Shown here piece after piece: positions 13,701 through 23,676 of a stretch of DNA of 54,950 nt. The notes below the pieces were generated by a model. It had not been told where the DNA came from, did not search any database, and saw nothing but the letters and a program-made list of their open reading frames with translations. This DNA comes from Nemertoderma westbladi. Taxonomy: Eukaryota > Animalia > Xenacoelomorpha. The position numbers were made by a program, and so were the translations under genes. Within the stretch, counting starts at the first letter, position 1; each line of letters begins with the position of its first letter. The stretch is from positions 1 to 54,950 of the forward strand of contig JAUCBJ010008175.1 of the NCBI GenBank assembly GCA_032718475.1. The letters are read 5' to 3'.

Positions 13701-14723
13701 TTATTCTATCATGGAAGTTCAGACAGTGGGTTCGCTTGAGGAGACAGCCACACCTACCTCAGCTATGCAATTGGAAGACGAACCAATATGCTTAGAATCC
13801 GAGGAGATTCAGCCTACCGCGCCCCGGAGCAGCAACGACGACTACGTCTTAGAATGGTATCTCAGTGTCTCACCACATACGACTATCGGCATGCCAACTA
13901 TGTTTCTCGACAACTTTGTCAGTTATGCGCATCGAGAGACCATATTACACCCATGGACTCAAACGTACCCTGCTCCTATTTCCACGAACAACCAGCGATG
14001 GAGATCTATTGTGCGTATTGCAGACTCAATAACTTGCACATTTTTGCAGTCTGCCCCCAATTTATGACTCAATGCCATCATTGTCAACTTAAAGGACATG
14101 CCAGTTTTGATTGCCCTTTCAATCGCAATCTGGAAAGCGTAGATGAAATGATTACCCTACGTTATATTCGAGCTTGGGAAGCGAACGCTGATTTACATTG
14201 TGATTCACGCCATCGCTATTACCCTGGACGCGCCTACGAAGGAGTTTATGCGTTCCATCCTTATCTATTCGCGTCCGTCGAACAGAAATCATACACACCG
14301 AGTTACGAACTAATGAAGCGTGTCAGCGAGTGTATTTCAACCAAATTTGTACGCAAATTTCTCAGGAGCGTTAATCCTAACAATATTCATTCCTATAACC
14401 TGATTAATTTCATCCGTCAAGATCCGGAATATGGCAATTTGTTTATCAACTCGCACCCAGAGTTACAGGAAGTACATTGACGGCCCTACGAATATCGAGC
14501 CCAAGAACGCGAGTTGGAAAGAACCATTAAACCAAGGAAGTTTCTCACTGCCTATGGTCCGCCCACTGCTCTCGTTCAGATCACTCGTCAAGCACCAGTA
14601 AGAGCTGCTGTCCTGAAACGTGCTCTAAAGGCCATCGACCAACCAGGTACCTCGACCGGCGGATACACCGACCGTAATCCTAAACCTTCTGATGCAATCG
14701 TTGTAAAAGCTTTTGTGGGATAA
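10762..14723 (+). pseudogene. ORF2 of copy A: ~1,300-aa accessory protein with Zn-finger-like N-region, coiled coil, putative DEDDy 3'-5' exonuclease and two CCHC knuckles
   Basis: ORFs 10762, 12013, 12331 and 12982 share one frame and are separated by single stops; the first two are sense codons CAA and TAT in copy B. A frameshift near 13870-13990 joins the frame of 13788..14480 and 14514..14723. Motifs VVTYDNEG, LEMLFNERIFKIGSAVYGD, FVDTQ, SIGHLA, YTIFE, CAYC..H..C and CHHCQLKGHASFDC. Confidence 0.8.
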
Positions 14724-14881
14724 CTGATTCGTTTGCCTTGTTGGCCAGTTCCCCCCCAGTCGCTAAGAATACTCTCAAAGTGATCTACAGCTAAAAATAG
14801 TGCAAGTTACCAGCTTATTGGCTGATTTGCTGTACGCAGGCATCTGGGCTCTGTTTAATCGGCCAACAAGCCTAGGGAGGT

Positions 14882-16469
14882 TGCGTCATAGCCTTGTTTT
14901 TGTATCTCCCAATAGAATTTGAGTTAGCCTTGATTTTGACCTATCACAGGCTACTGAACTGAAAATTTCCTATCTCTACTACTAGGATCGGCATGCTGCG
15001 TTGCAGCTGCATTTTTAAGAATGCTGTGCCGGCTTGTCAACAAAATTGCACCGCCACAACTCCCTATCACCCATGACATTTGCTAGATCATCCGCATCTT
15101 TAAGGCCAGTGTCCTTTAAGATGCGTCTCAAGAAAGTCATGGGCTGTCCACCATGCTTATTCACTCCATGAGGCTGCCAAAGTACAAGATTATGCACTGG
15201 CTGGTCCTCACGGCGAAAGCAATGTCCTGCAAAGCGGAGGCGATTTTGTTCTAGTGTCAAGCTTGGGGGAACCAATGAGACACCTCCAATGTTATATAGT
15301 GTCTGGTTGGAGATGTGTGCATTGTACTTGACACAATGAACCCGGCGTAGCATTCTTGTGAATGTGCCATCCAGAGATTTGGTGTCCTCAGCAGTTAGAG
15401 CCCAGCATGGACTCCCATAGAGGAGTACTGGAACTACTGCTGCTCTAAATAATCGGACCTTAAGTTTCCGATTAATTCTCGGTGACTTCCAAATCCTGGA
15501 AAGCCTATTCAAGGCTGCCCATGCCTTTCCCTTACGTATTCGAAGGTCCTCACCTGACTTCCGGATCCACCATTTCCTATCTCACTGCTCTTTCTCTGTG
15601 TTGAACGGGAGCTTCGTGGAATAAGGGAGTTGGTATCCTCGTATAGAGCAGTAGTCACGAGTTTTTCAAAGCCACGAAAGAACGGCTTTTTAGTGTTTTA
15701 TGTTTTATGCTTTTTAGCTCAACACTAGTAGGTTTAATTACAAGGACATATATCCTTTAACTGGCTGGCTGCAATTACGCATCAAACAACCTGGCTTTAA
15801 ACTCTGTAAATATCAAAACAAACTGGCACGATTGATCTGTGAATACTGCATACTGCTATTTGTTGTCGGTTATTCATTATATTTGTTGATGAATTATTAT
15901 ATTGGAATAACGAGAAATAACCCCGATACCCAATATTCTTGATATACCGAAGGTAAGAGAGAAAGGTTACCAATAACGATTGTGACTTATGTTAAAGTGG
16001 TTTGAAGTGAATCTAATGTTATTTGATAGACCCTACATGAGTCAGTCTGTGTTCCTTTTATATGTGATTAAAATCAGTGAAGATTGGCAGATTAGTGTGC
16101 AGTATTGTGCAGCATTGCGTATGAGCGAGTCTGTTAAAGAAGCAATTCCTAAAGAATGCGCCATATATGTGAATTATAATTAAGCCATATCGTTGTGAGT
16201 AGTTTAAGTCATAACTCTGTTTATATAGATAAAGCGCCACGTCCTAAAGGAACTGTTAATATTCCCGAAGGTGAATAATATTGTCAGAGATTATATAATA
16301 CTGTCAGTCGAATAATACATTAAGCTTACATAGCAATAAAATTAAACCGTCGAACCCAATCTCCCGGGAATATCCAGCGGGTGAATGGTCGCGCACGGAT
16401 TGGTTTCGACTAGTGTAGTGAATCAAATACTTGTCATAGGCTAAAAAGCGATTTAATATCTAGAAGACA
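14882..16469 (+). repeat. Candidate single LTR shared between copies A and B (~980 bp after removing the RTE insert)
   Basis: Purine run agggagg then TG at ~14882, AATAAA at ~16335, ...AGACA at 16469 followed 8 nt later by TGG. No second copy in the window confirms it. Confidence 0.35.
14977..15571 (-). mobile_element. 5'-truncated RTE-type LINE with ~12-bp TSD
   Basis: ORF 15015..15512 has the same protein sequence as the C-terminal part of 54061..54939. TSD atttcctatctc at 14965-14976 and 15572-15583, plus a (TAG)n tail. Confidence 0.92.
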
Positions 16470-16811
16470 TCTTAATTTGGCGGGTTAAACTGCCAAAGGT
16501 CTGAAAGCGCGAACATTAAAGGATATAGCTCCTTTGTTGCAGTAAGCAATAAAGTTGAAAGTACCGGTCAACCGGTAAACCTGAACCGGTACATTCTGTA
16601 GGTCAGTAGGCCTAACTGTTCTAACCGGTACTTCCGTATAAGTACACTAGTATTATTCGATTTGATTGTTGTATACCGGTAGGCTGTTTAAGGGATTAGG
16701 GATTGATCACCCTTATTCCTTTATATGGTTTACTTATTTCTGTCAAGTTTTATTTATTTGCAGGCCAGTATTGAACAGAAGGCGTGTAAGCCTGATCAGA
16801 TTGTACAGACG

Positions 16812-17371
16812 ATTTGTAGGCTGAGCTGTTGTCTGATTGCTGTTAAGTCCGAACGAATTGCAGTGTGTGTAGATCACCTGTCCGATTAAGTACGATTAGG
16901 CAGTAGGGGCAGTGAACGCTGTAAGGTAAACCCCCAACTAAAGAATAAGTCGCACTACTGGGTTAGAGCGCATACTCCCCAATCATTTCGGAGTCTGCAT
17001 GTCCTGCGGTTTATTTAGGCTTGAGAGTAGTCTGCCATCGTTTAGTCTGTACTTTGTTTGTGTAAGTCTGTACGGGTAGCGTATAATTTTACTTAGATAA
17101 TTTGTAGGCTGGATAGTTGTCTGGCTGTTATTAGGTCTGAACGGATTGCCGCGTGTGTAGATCATCTGTCCGATTAAGTACGGTTAGGCAGTAGGGGCAG
17201 CGAACGCTGTAAGGTAAACCCCCAACTAAAGAATAAGTCGCACTACTGGGTTAGAGCGCATACTCCCTAATCATTTCGGAGTCTGCATATACCGTAGTTT
17301 GTTTAGGCTTGATAGTAGTCTGTCAGTGTTCGGTCTGTATTTTGTTTGAGTGGTTTGTACGCGTAGCGTAA
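16812..17371 (+). repeat. Two-copy 288-bp tandem duplication in the 5' leader of copy B
   Basis: cccaactaaagaataagtcgcactactgggttagagcgcatactccc occurs at ~16933 and 17221. The flanks are diverged but alignable. Confidence 0.9.
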
Positions 17372-18696
17372 TATTTATTATTCAGAGTTTATGCGATTAT
17401 CCGCAACATTCATTCCCCAAGTTTGTTCCTACAGTAATTGTGTTTGTTATACATACTGCTATAGTTAAATTAACCCCGGTACTACACGGGCTGCTCGGCG
17501 TAGGTAAAGACTGGTGATTTTGTGCATCGGTCACTCCAGCAGATGCCGTGGTTCTTTTAGCTGTTCAAGTATATTTAACTACTGATTATCTGTTGTACAA
17601 GTACTTGTACCTAATTTAGGGTTTAGTGTACAGTACTTTCCGAAGTAATTATTGTAGACATTATATCTGTGTTGTAAAGTGGTTGATAGGCACATTCGAT
17701 TAGCTCTATTAACTTCTAGGTAGGAACACTCCGTGATACATAACGTAGAACCTATAGCGATACGGCTATAGGTCGTCAGGCGGTGGTATTTTCCTATCTA
17801 GACAACGCAGTGTATTTACTACTACTTATTATTTCAAATACCGTAGTACCCTGTCCGTTGTAATAACCGGTTTTCTAACCCTTTGTTAGGCTGGTTTGTA
17901 GACTTCTTGTAAAATTACCCTAAAAATTCGTATTTGTGTTTTTGTAAATTTTTGTGTTTATTTAGAGTTTGTAATCTCAACCCGAATTGTACGTAATTGT
18001 AGTATTAAGTAACTTAGGTAAATTAGAATTATTTGTTTTAGTGTCCTATACGTAACACTTCACTAAAAGCGCACCGCTTTGTGTAGTGATTACCCCAGAA
18101 ATAATAACATTTATTTCAAACATTGACTAAACCCATTAAAACGGGTATACATACATTATAAATCAAATCTAACGATTTATAAATAGTAGGCCTACCATAA
18201 AACCATTAGGTCTCAATATCAGTTGGATTACTGCTTAAATAACGGTAATAAAGTAAGTTAAAGTAACCAAGTAAACCTAAAGTAACAGAAATTTAATTAT
18301 TTGAAATAAATTGACATACCGGTATTTACGATAGGCCTATTATCTTTATTTCTATAAATCTAGGCTGAAATTATACCGGTACTTGTAATTAATTCTATTT
18401 CAGAATTATATATCCTACAAACTGTAAGCTGTATACCGGTATTCCAGATAGGCCTATTATATATTTATATATATTTGTGCTAAAATTATACCGGTATTCT
18501 GTGATAAACCTAGTCTGTAATAATACTTATATAGCTATATATACTAGAAGTATACCGGTATTATAATATATTATATATCACGCTACACTGAGTAGCAGTA
18601 ACGGTAATTAATTACTAGGCTAGCAGTTAATACTGAGTTACTAGACTTGCTTAGACTGTAATATAGCAGTAGGCATTCAACTGTACATACCTAATC

Positions 18697-21600
18697 ATGT
18701 CTGATACTAAGCAGAACCTGTCAGACAGTTTATTAGATGTAACTATCTGCGACTCAGATAGAGACGTACCACAGTCTGGTCGTAAATTCAGTTCACCTCC
18801 CACTGTGAGGAAGGTCATCCCTCCAGTAGTAATAACAGAACCTAGGCTAGTCCAACATCGTAGGTCTATCATAGGCACTCGAGCTCAGGTCAAGCGGGAC
18901 CAACAAGCAGCGGAACAGCAACAACCCGCTAGTCAAGAACTTATTCCTCAGCGGCCCAGCAGCTCCAGTAGTGAGGATACTGTAGAGCTGACACCCGAGA
19001 GCGGAGCAGAGAGGACGGATGCGGTTTATACGGATCCCCTTCTCATCCTTCCTGCAGCCGTGCTCGCTGGGTTATTGATCGCGGTGGAAGAACACCAGAT
19101 CGATTGGGCAAGGAGTCAACGATCAACTAGAGATAGTTATGCGGGGTACACGAGGGAAGAATTGAAGTCTATTGTCGAGTCGCAATGGAACTTCCCCGGA
19201 CCCGGACTCCCGTTTGATTTATCAGAAGCTGTCTGGGAAGACATACACCGGATGGGAGTAGCCAAGGAAACTATCGATCCAGCTGTATGGAAGAGGTCCG
19301 CAGCCGGATACGCACAGGGATTCTTCAGCTCTATGGAGCGAGTAGAAAGACAACTATTTAAACAACCTCAAGGACCTCAAGAGCAGGAACAGCTGCTTTA
19401 TCAAGTTAGAGAAAGAGTTCTGCGAATTAGGCTAATCTTATCCGCCTTTGAGGAGGCTTCTAAAAGAAGACAAGACACGTCGTTGCAAGTTGCCGTAAAG
19501 ACTTGGCTTCAAAGGGTGAGACGCCAGGTTCAAGGAGCAGCTCAGTGGAAAGTTCAGTTGGAGGAGCGCTCAACACAAGGAGAATCGACAGACGCTACTT
19601 TCTCCCAAGTGGAAAGGGAAGCGACGGCAGAGAAACCGCATAAGAAGGATGCCATTGATATCTATCTGTCAGACTATCAGCGTTTTGTGGGAGATGAAGA
19701 GTTGAGGAGAAGGCTAGAGGGACTTAGCCCTAATAGCGAAGGAGCCAAACTTGTGTTAGATGCGATTGATGTGGATAGGTTAGCGGCGAACCAAGCTAAA
19801 TTCGATGAACAACTCCGCATCGCTAGAGAAAAGGAAGAACAAGTAAGGAAAAAACGTATAGAAGACAGAAAGATAGCAGCAGTGGCAGAGGCAGAAAGAA
19901 AGGCGGCAGCGGCAGAGGCAAAAGCGGCAGCGGCAGAGGCAAAAGCGGCAGCAGTGGCGGAAGCAGAACGAAAAGCGGCAGCGGCAGAGGCAAAAGCAGC
20001 AGTGGCAGAGGCAAAAGCGGCAGCAGTGGCGGAAGTAGAACGAAAAGCGGCTGAAGAGATCATCCAACTGGAGTTGGAAAATCTTCAAGAGAAGCAAGAC
20101 GACTTCAGTAAACAGTTAGCAGCTAGTAATATGCAGATGATGAGTCGATCTACTCCCAAAAGACAGGGGTATACATCATCTGAGGAAGGCGATACCACCG
20201 ACACTGAAGGCGGAGGAAAGCGATCTCGTCTAAGCAGACGTAAAAGAACATTCCACCGTCAGAAATTGCCTGATTTGCCTCCAGCTGTTAGAAGACAACT
20301 AAATAACACCAACTTAGGTAGTACAGAACCCACAGACCAAATAATTAAAATAGAAAGACTCCCTACTATAGTAGATGAGCCTGAAATAATTAGGCCTGTT
20401 CTTGAAATCACCCCTACGGTGATAGACACACCTGTACTCCCTGAAGCTACCTATAAATTCCCTCTGCATAGCACTAAGCTACCTGTGCCCCGTAGAACTG
20501 CCCAAGAGACAGTTCAGGTCCTGGACCCCGAGCGAAGTATTCCGAATTTGTCGCCCGTTGTCCCTTGTCTGCCCGCTACGACGTTGGCGGATCCCGTTTC
20601 GGCGGTTGATTGGGTAGACGAGAGACGGCGGGGGATGGATATTCTCCTCGGAGAGATGAAGGAGAATCGGAGACTCTCCTCCCAACAGGTCCGAGAGTTG
20701 GAAGGGACTGTCCAACATTTAAAGGGAACAGTGAGGGAAAGTAAGTTAGAGTTGCAAGAAGTGCAGCAAAATATCGCGCTAGAGCGCGATAGATTAGTAA
20801 ATTTACAAAAGGGTATACCACCACCCCCTGTAACAATGTGTCAACCCGTTAGGTCTGAAGTATCTCATGCGCAAGGTGTGGAGCCTACACGCATTTATAC
20901 TGCTAGCGAAGTAGAAACTCCTATAGTGAACCCTATTAAGGGTAATTATAGACCTGTTGGTAATGATATCCCCTATGGAACTGATCATAATCCGAGAAAT
21001 TTATATACCGATAACTCGATATTAAATAGCACGATGGCCCAAGAAAGTTTTACGCGTCAAATGGCTAGAACCGAAGCCCGGCAAGCGGTAAAGGTTGGAG
21101 AGATCGTCAAGTTCAATGGAGATGAGATGAAGTGGTTACCTTTTAATGAATATTACAAAGATAACATACAGAACTCTGTACTATCTAATGGAGAAAAACT
21201 TAGATACCTCATCGAGTGCTTGGAAGGATCTCCCAAGTTAATGGCGTTAAAGTTTATTGGACATCCAGACGGATTAAGACAAGTTTGGGATACACTAAAC
21301 ATCAGGTATGGTAATAGGAATAATATCGCTGGGTACTTGTATGCCAAGTTAGTAGCGCCCCGAAAGTTTATTAGTAGCGGAATTATCGATTTTTCCGATG
21401 AGATCCAGGAGATCTGCAGACAATTAGACTGGCTAGGTAAGTCTCATGAGTATCAGAACACTATGGTTATTAGAGCAGTGGCTTCTACTTTACCTAAAGG
21501 TGGAGTAGGTACACGCTGGGATAAGAAAGTGTTATATATGATGGAACAACAACGGCGAGACCCTACCATGGCTGATCTCATGTCATTCCTAGATGGAGAA

Positions 21601-23676
21601 GTGAAATTACAGCTCCTGAAACTGTCTAGGGAGAAAACACCGGAAAACAAGGTAAGTGAAAAACCCGTCTCTAGGAGAAAAATAACACCAGTATGTTATA
21701 CCGATGACGGCGAAAGCCAGACTTCTCAAGGAGAAGATAGCGGGAAAGACCCGGATAGATCTTATTACGTGAATAAAATGCCTAAAGATCAGGTAAGTAA
21801 ATTTAAGTCTCGAACAAATGACAGGAGGGAACAGGTAAGAAAAACTCCTCCCATGTCTCCCAAGAGAATTCAGGTGAGAAAACCCGAAGAAAAGGCAAGT
21901 GTACACAATGTGACTCAAAACAAGGTAAGTAACATCAAACCAAAATGTGCGCTGTGCGACGGGACCCACTATTTGAATAGGTGTGATGAATTTCTAAAGA
22001 AATCATTAATGGAGAGACGCGAAGTCATGTGGGATAAGCGGTTATGTTATAATTGCCTCAGACAAGGACACCAACGGCGAACCTGTTTCTCTGACATAAG
22101 GTGTGCAAAGTGCGGCGCAAAACATCATATCTTGTTGCACACGGAATTCGAACGAAACAGCCCGAGTCAGGTAAGTGAGTCCGAACTACATGTCCAATTC
22201 AGTGATGTGAACGACACTGATCAATCTGAGATGGAAGGATTCTATACGGACGAGTTCTCCGACCAAAACGAATCCTGTTACCTAATAAACACCACCGCAG
22301 TGTATCGAGCACTCGTGTATGAGAAAGACACAGACAGCGACCTTACCTTAACTACTTCCGATCAACGACCATCTTGGAAAGCGCCAACTTCCAATATAGG
22401 AATCCGAGAATTTCCTGTAGTCCAGTTACGGGTCCACGGACCTCAGAAGAGCTATATAGTGAACGCCCTCCTGGACTCCGGTAGCACAGGAACATTCATC
22501 GATAAAGAACTAGCCGAAGTCATCTTTGCTGGACAACCCAAGTTCCGAACCAAGCTAAACATGTCAGGGATCATGCAGGTTTGGAATTCTACTGTAGCTG
22601 CCGACTATTGTATAGGTGAGTTGTCCACTCCACAGGATAAACTAGGAGAATACAGTATAAGGTCAGTGAAAATGGTGGCTATAAAGAACTTCGCTACCAC
22701 CCAAGTGGAACCTTATAATTGGGACGAAGATGATCATGTCCAACAACTTAACATCCCTAGATTCGACACCGATTATCCTGGAGTACAAATATTAATCGGT
22801 CAAAACGCGCATGAGGCGCTGGAGACATTGGAGAAACGACCTGCTCAACCGCAACCACTTCAGACCTATGCGGTAAGAACTAGAGTAGGTTGGTACCTTA
22901 CTGGACCTTCCCGAAGAACGCTCAGAGAAAGACTGCTTCAAGATCGCGTCCGCCAGGTGAGTGAATGGGAAGATGATACTAGTGAGGGAGACGACCCAAC
23001 TGAGGGAACACCACACTCCTCAGATAATGACAATCTTAGCTCCAATGTAGATCAATGGAGATATTGCCCCAAGAAGTTTAATCCAACGGACATCGCTTCC
23101 AGAGGAGCAACTCCTCTAGAACTAACAGATACTATAGATCGGTTAGGTGAACCCGACTTCCTGAGTAAGGAGAATGAATGGCCTCCCCATCTTACTCCGA
23201 CTGAGATTAGACCAGCCAAGGGAGCGGAGAAAGTCGAACCTGAAACCCGGACGGGTGGATCGGAGTTATTTGAACCCGGGATAGATCTGTCGGTATTACA
23301 TGTTGCCAGGGACGACGCCGTGGATCTGGGCCTCCCCTCCGCGAGTGGATCCTTCATGAAGATCAGAGAGAGCGATTGGAGCTCGGGAACATCAGACGTC
23401 TCGCAGAGACTCTCACCTCTCCTGCAGAGAGCGACGGACCACTATAGCTCCTGGAATCGGCTTTGTGACGCCGTCATATACTTTGAGCGATGTTTCTATC
23501 GTCACTATTCCAGGACGAAGAGGAAACCTGGAATTGTATTCAGGATGCAGCGACTCAATCACCCAGTCGTTGAATCGGAAGGGAATGGAGGACTCTCCGG
23601 AAACTGTGGAAGGCAAGATTCTCTTCCCACGACCACCTCCCTAATCCTTCAAACATCTAGGGACTCCATAACGTAA
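18697..23676 (+). CDS. gag-pro: 1659-aa Gag-protease polyprotein with in-frame loss of RT, RNase H and integrase
   Basis: Uninterrupted ORF with BEL Gag core (KFNGDEMKW), three knuckles and ALLDSGSTGTFI. It jumps to DQWRYCP at ~23050 and to KPGIVF at ~23524, and ends at the native pol stop. Confidence 0.92.
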   Translation: MSDTKQNLSDSLLDVTICDSDRDVPQSGRKFSSPPTVRKVIPPVVITEPRLVQHRRSIIGTRAQVKRDQQAAEQQQPASQELIPQRPSSSSSEDTVELTPESGAERTDAVYTDPLLILPAAVLAGLLIAVEEHQIDWARSQRSTRDSYAGYTREELKSIVESQWNFPGPGLPFDLSEAVWEDIHRMGVAKETIDPAVWKRSAAGYAQGFFSSMERVERQLFKQPQGPQEQEQLLYQVRERVLRIRLILSAFEEASKRRQDTSLQVAVKTWLQRVRRQVQGAAQWKVQLEERSTQGESTDATFSQVEREATAEKPHKKDAIDIYLSDYQRFVGDEELRRRLEGLSPNSEGAKLVLDAIDVDRLAANQAKFDEQLRIAREKEEQVRKKRIEDRKIAAVAEAERKAAAAEAKAAAAEAKAAAVAEAERKAAAAEAKAAVAEAKAAAVAEVERKAAEEIIQLELENLQEKQDDFSKQLAASNMQMMSRSTPKRQGYTSSEEGDTTDTEGGGKRSRLSRRKRTFHRQKLPDLPPAVRRQLNNTNLGSTEPTDQIIKIERLPTIVDEPEIIRPVLEITPTVIDTPVLPEATYKFPLHSTKLPVPRRTAQETVQVLDPERSIPNLSPVVPCLPATTLADPVSAVDWVDERRRGMDILLGEMKENRRLSSQQVRELEGTVQHLKGTVRESKLELQEVQQNIALERDRLVNLQKGIPPPPVTMCQPVRSEVSHAQGVEPTRIYTASEVETPIVNPIKGNYRPVGNDIPYGTDHNPRNLYTDNSILNSTMAQESFTRQMARTEARQAVKVGEIVKFNGDEMKWLPFNEYYKDNIQNSVLSNGEKLRYLIECLEGSPKLMALKFIGHPDGLRQVWDTLNIRYGNRNNIAGYLYAKLVAPRKFISSGIIDFSDEIQEICRQLDWLGKSHEYQNTMVIRAVASTLPKGGVGTRWDKKVLYMMEQQRRDPTMADLMSFLDGEVKLQLLKLSREKTPENKVSEKPVSRRKITPVCYTDDGESQTSQGEDSGKDPDRSYYVNKMPKDQVSKFKSRTNDRREQVRKTPPMSPKRIQVRKPEEKASVHNVTQNKVSNIKPKCALCDGTHYLNRCDEFLKKSLMERREVMWDKRLCYNCLRQGHQRRTCFSDIRCAKCGAKHHILLHTEFERNSPSQVSESELHVQFSDVNDTDQSEMEGFYTDEFSDQNESCYLINTTAVYRALVYEKDTDSDLTLTTSDQRPSWKAPTSNIGIREFPVVQLRVHGPQKSYIVNALLDSGSTGTFIDKELAEVIFAGQPKFRTKLNMSGIMQVWNSTVAADYCIGELSTPQDKLGEYSIRSVKMVAIKNFATTQVEPYNWDEDDHVQQLNIPRFDTDYPGVQILIGQNAHEALETLEKRPAQPQPLQTYAVRTRVGWYLTGPSRRTLRERLLQDRVRQVSEWEDDTSEGDDPTEGTPHSSDNDNLSSNVDQWRYCPKKFNPTDIASRGATPLELTDTIDRLGEPDFLSKENEWPPHLTPTEIRPAKGAEKVEPETRTGGSELFEPGIDLSVLHVARDDAVDLGLPSASGSFMKIRESDWSSGTSDVSQRLSPLLQRATDHYSSWNRLCDAVIYFERCFYRHYSRTKRKPGIVFRMQRLNHPVVESEGNGGLSGNCGRQDSLPTTTSLILQTSRDSIT
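19878..20052 (+). repeat. Coding tandem repeat giving (AEAKAAA/AEAERKAA)n helix in Gag
   Basis: Repeated gcagaggcaaaagcggcagc units. The homologous but different Ala/Glu/Lys tract in copy A is at ~2283-2460. Confidence 0.85.

Larger units (their letters stand above)
783..16469 (+). mobile_element. BEL/Pao LTR retrotransposon copy A (decayed, 5' end missing from the window, 3' boundary tentative)
   Basis: Gag-PR-(RT deleted)-RH-IN order with BEL-type motifs, followed by ORF2. Colinear with copy B. Confidence 0.85.

Noticed and set aside
10762-14723. ORF2 as an env gene or host gene
   Set aside because: No evident signal peptide, TM anchor or Cys-rich glycoprotein pattern. It is intronless and always linked to the BEL pol in this window.
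19677-20097. Antisense Ala-, Cys- or Pro/Leu-rich ORFs
   Set aside because: Shadows of the coding repeat in gag. The same applies to other short antisense ORFs over gag-pol.
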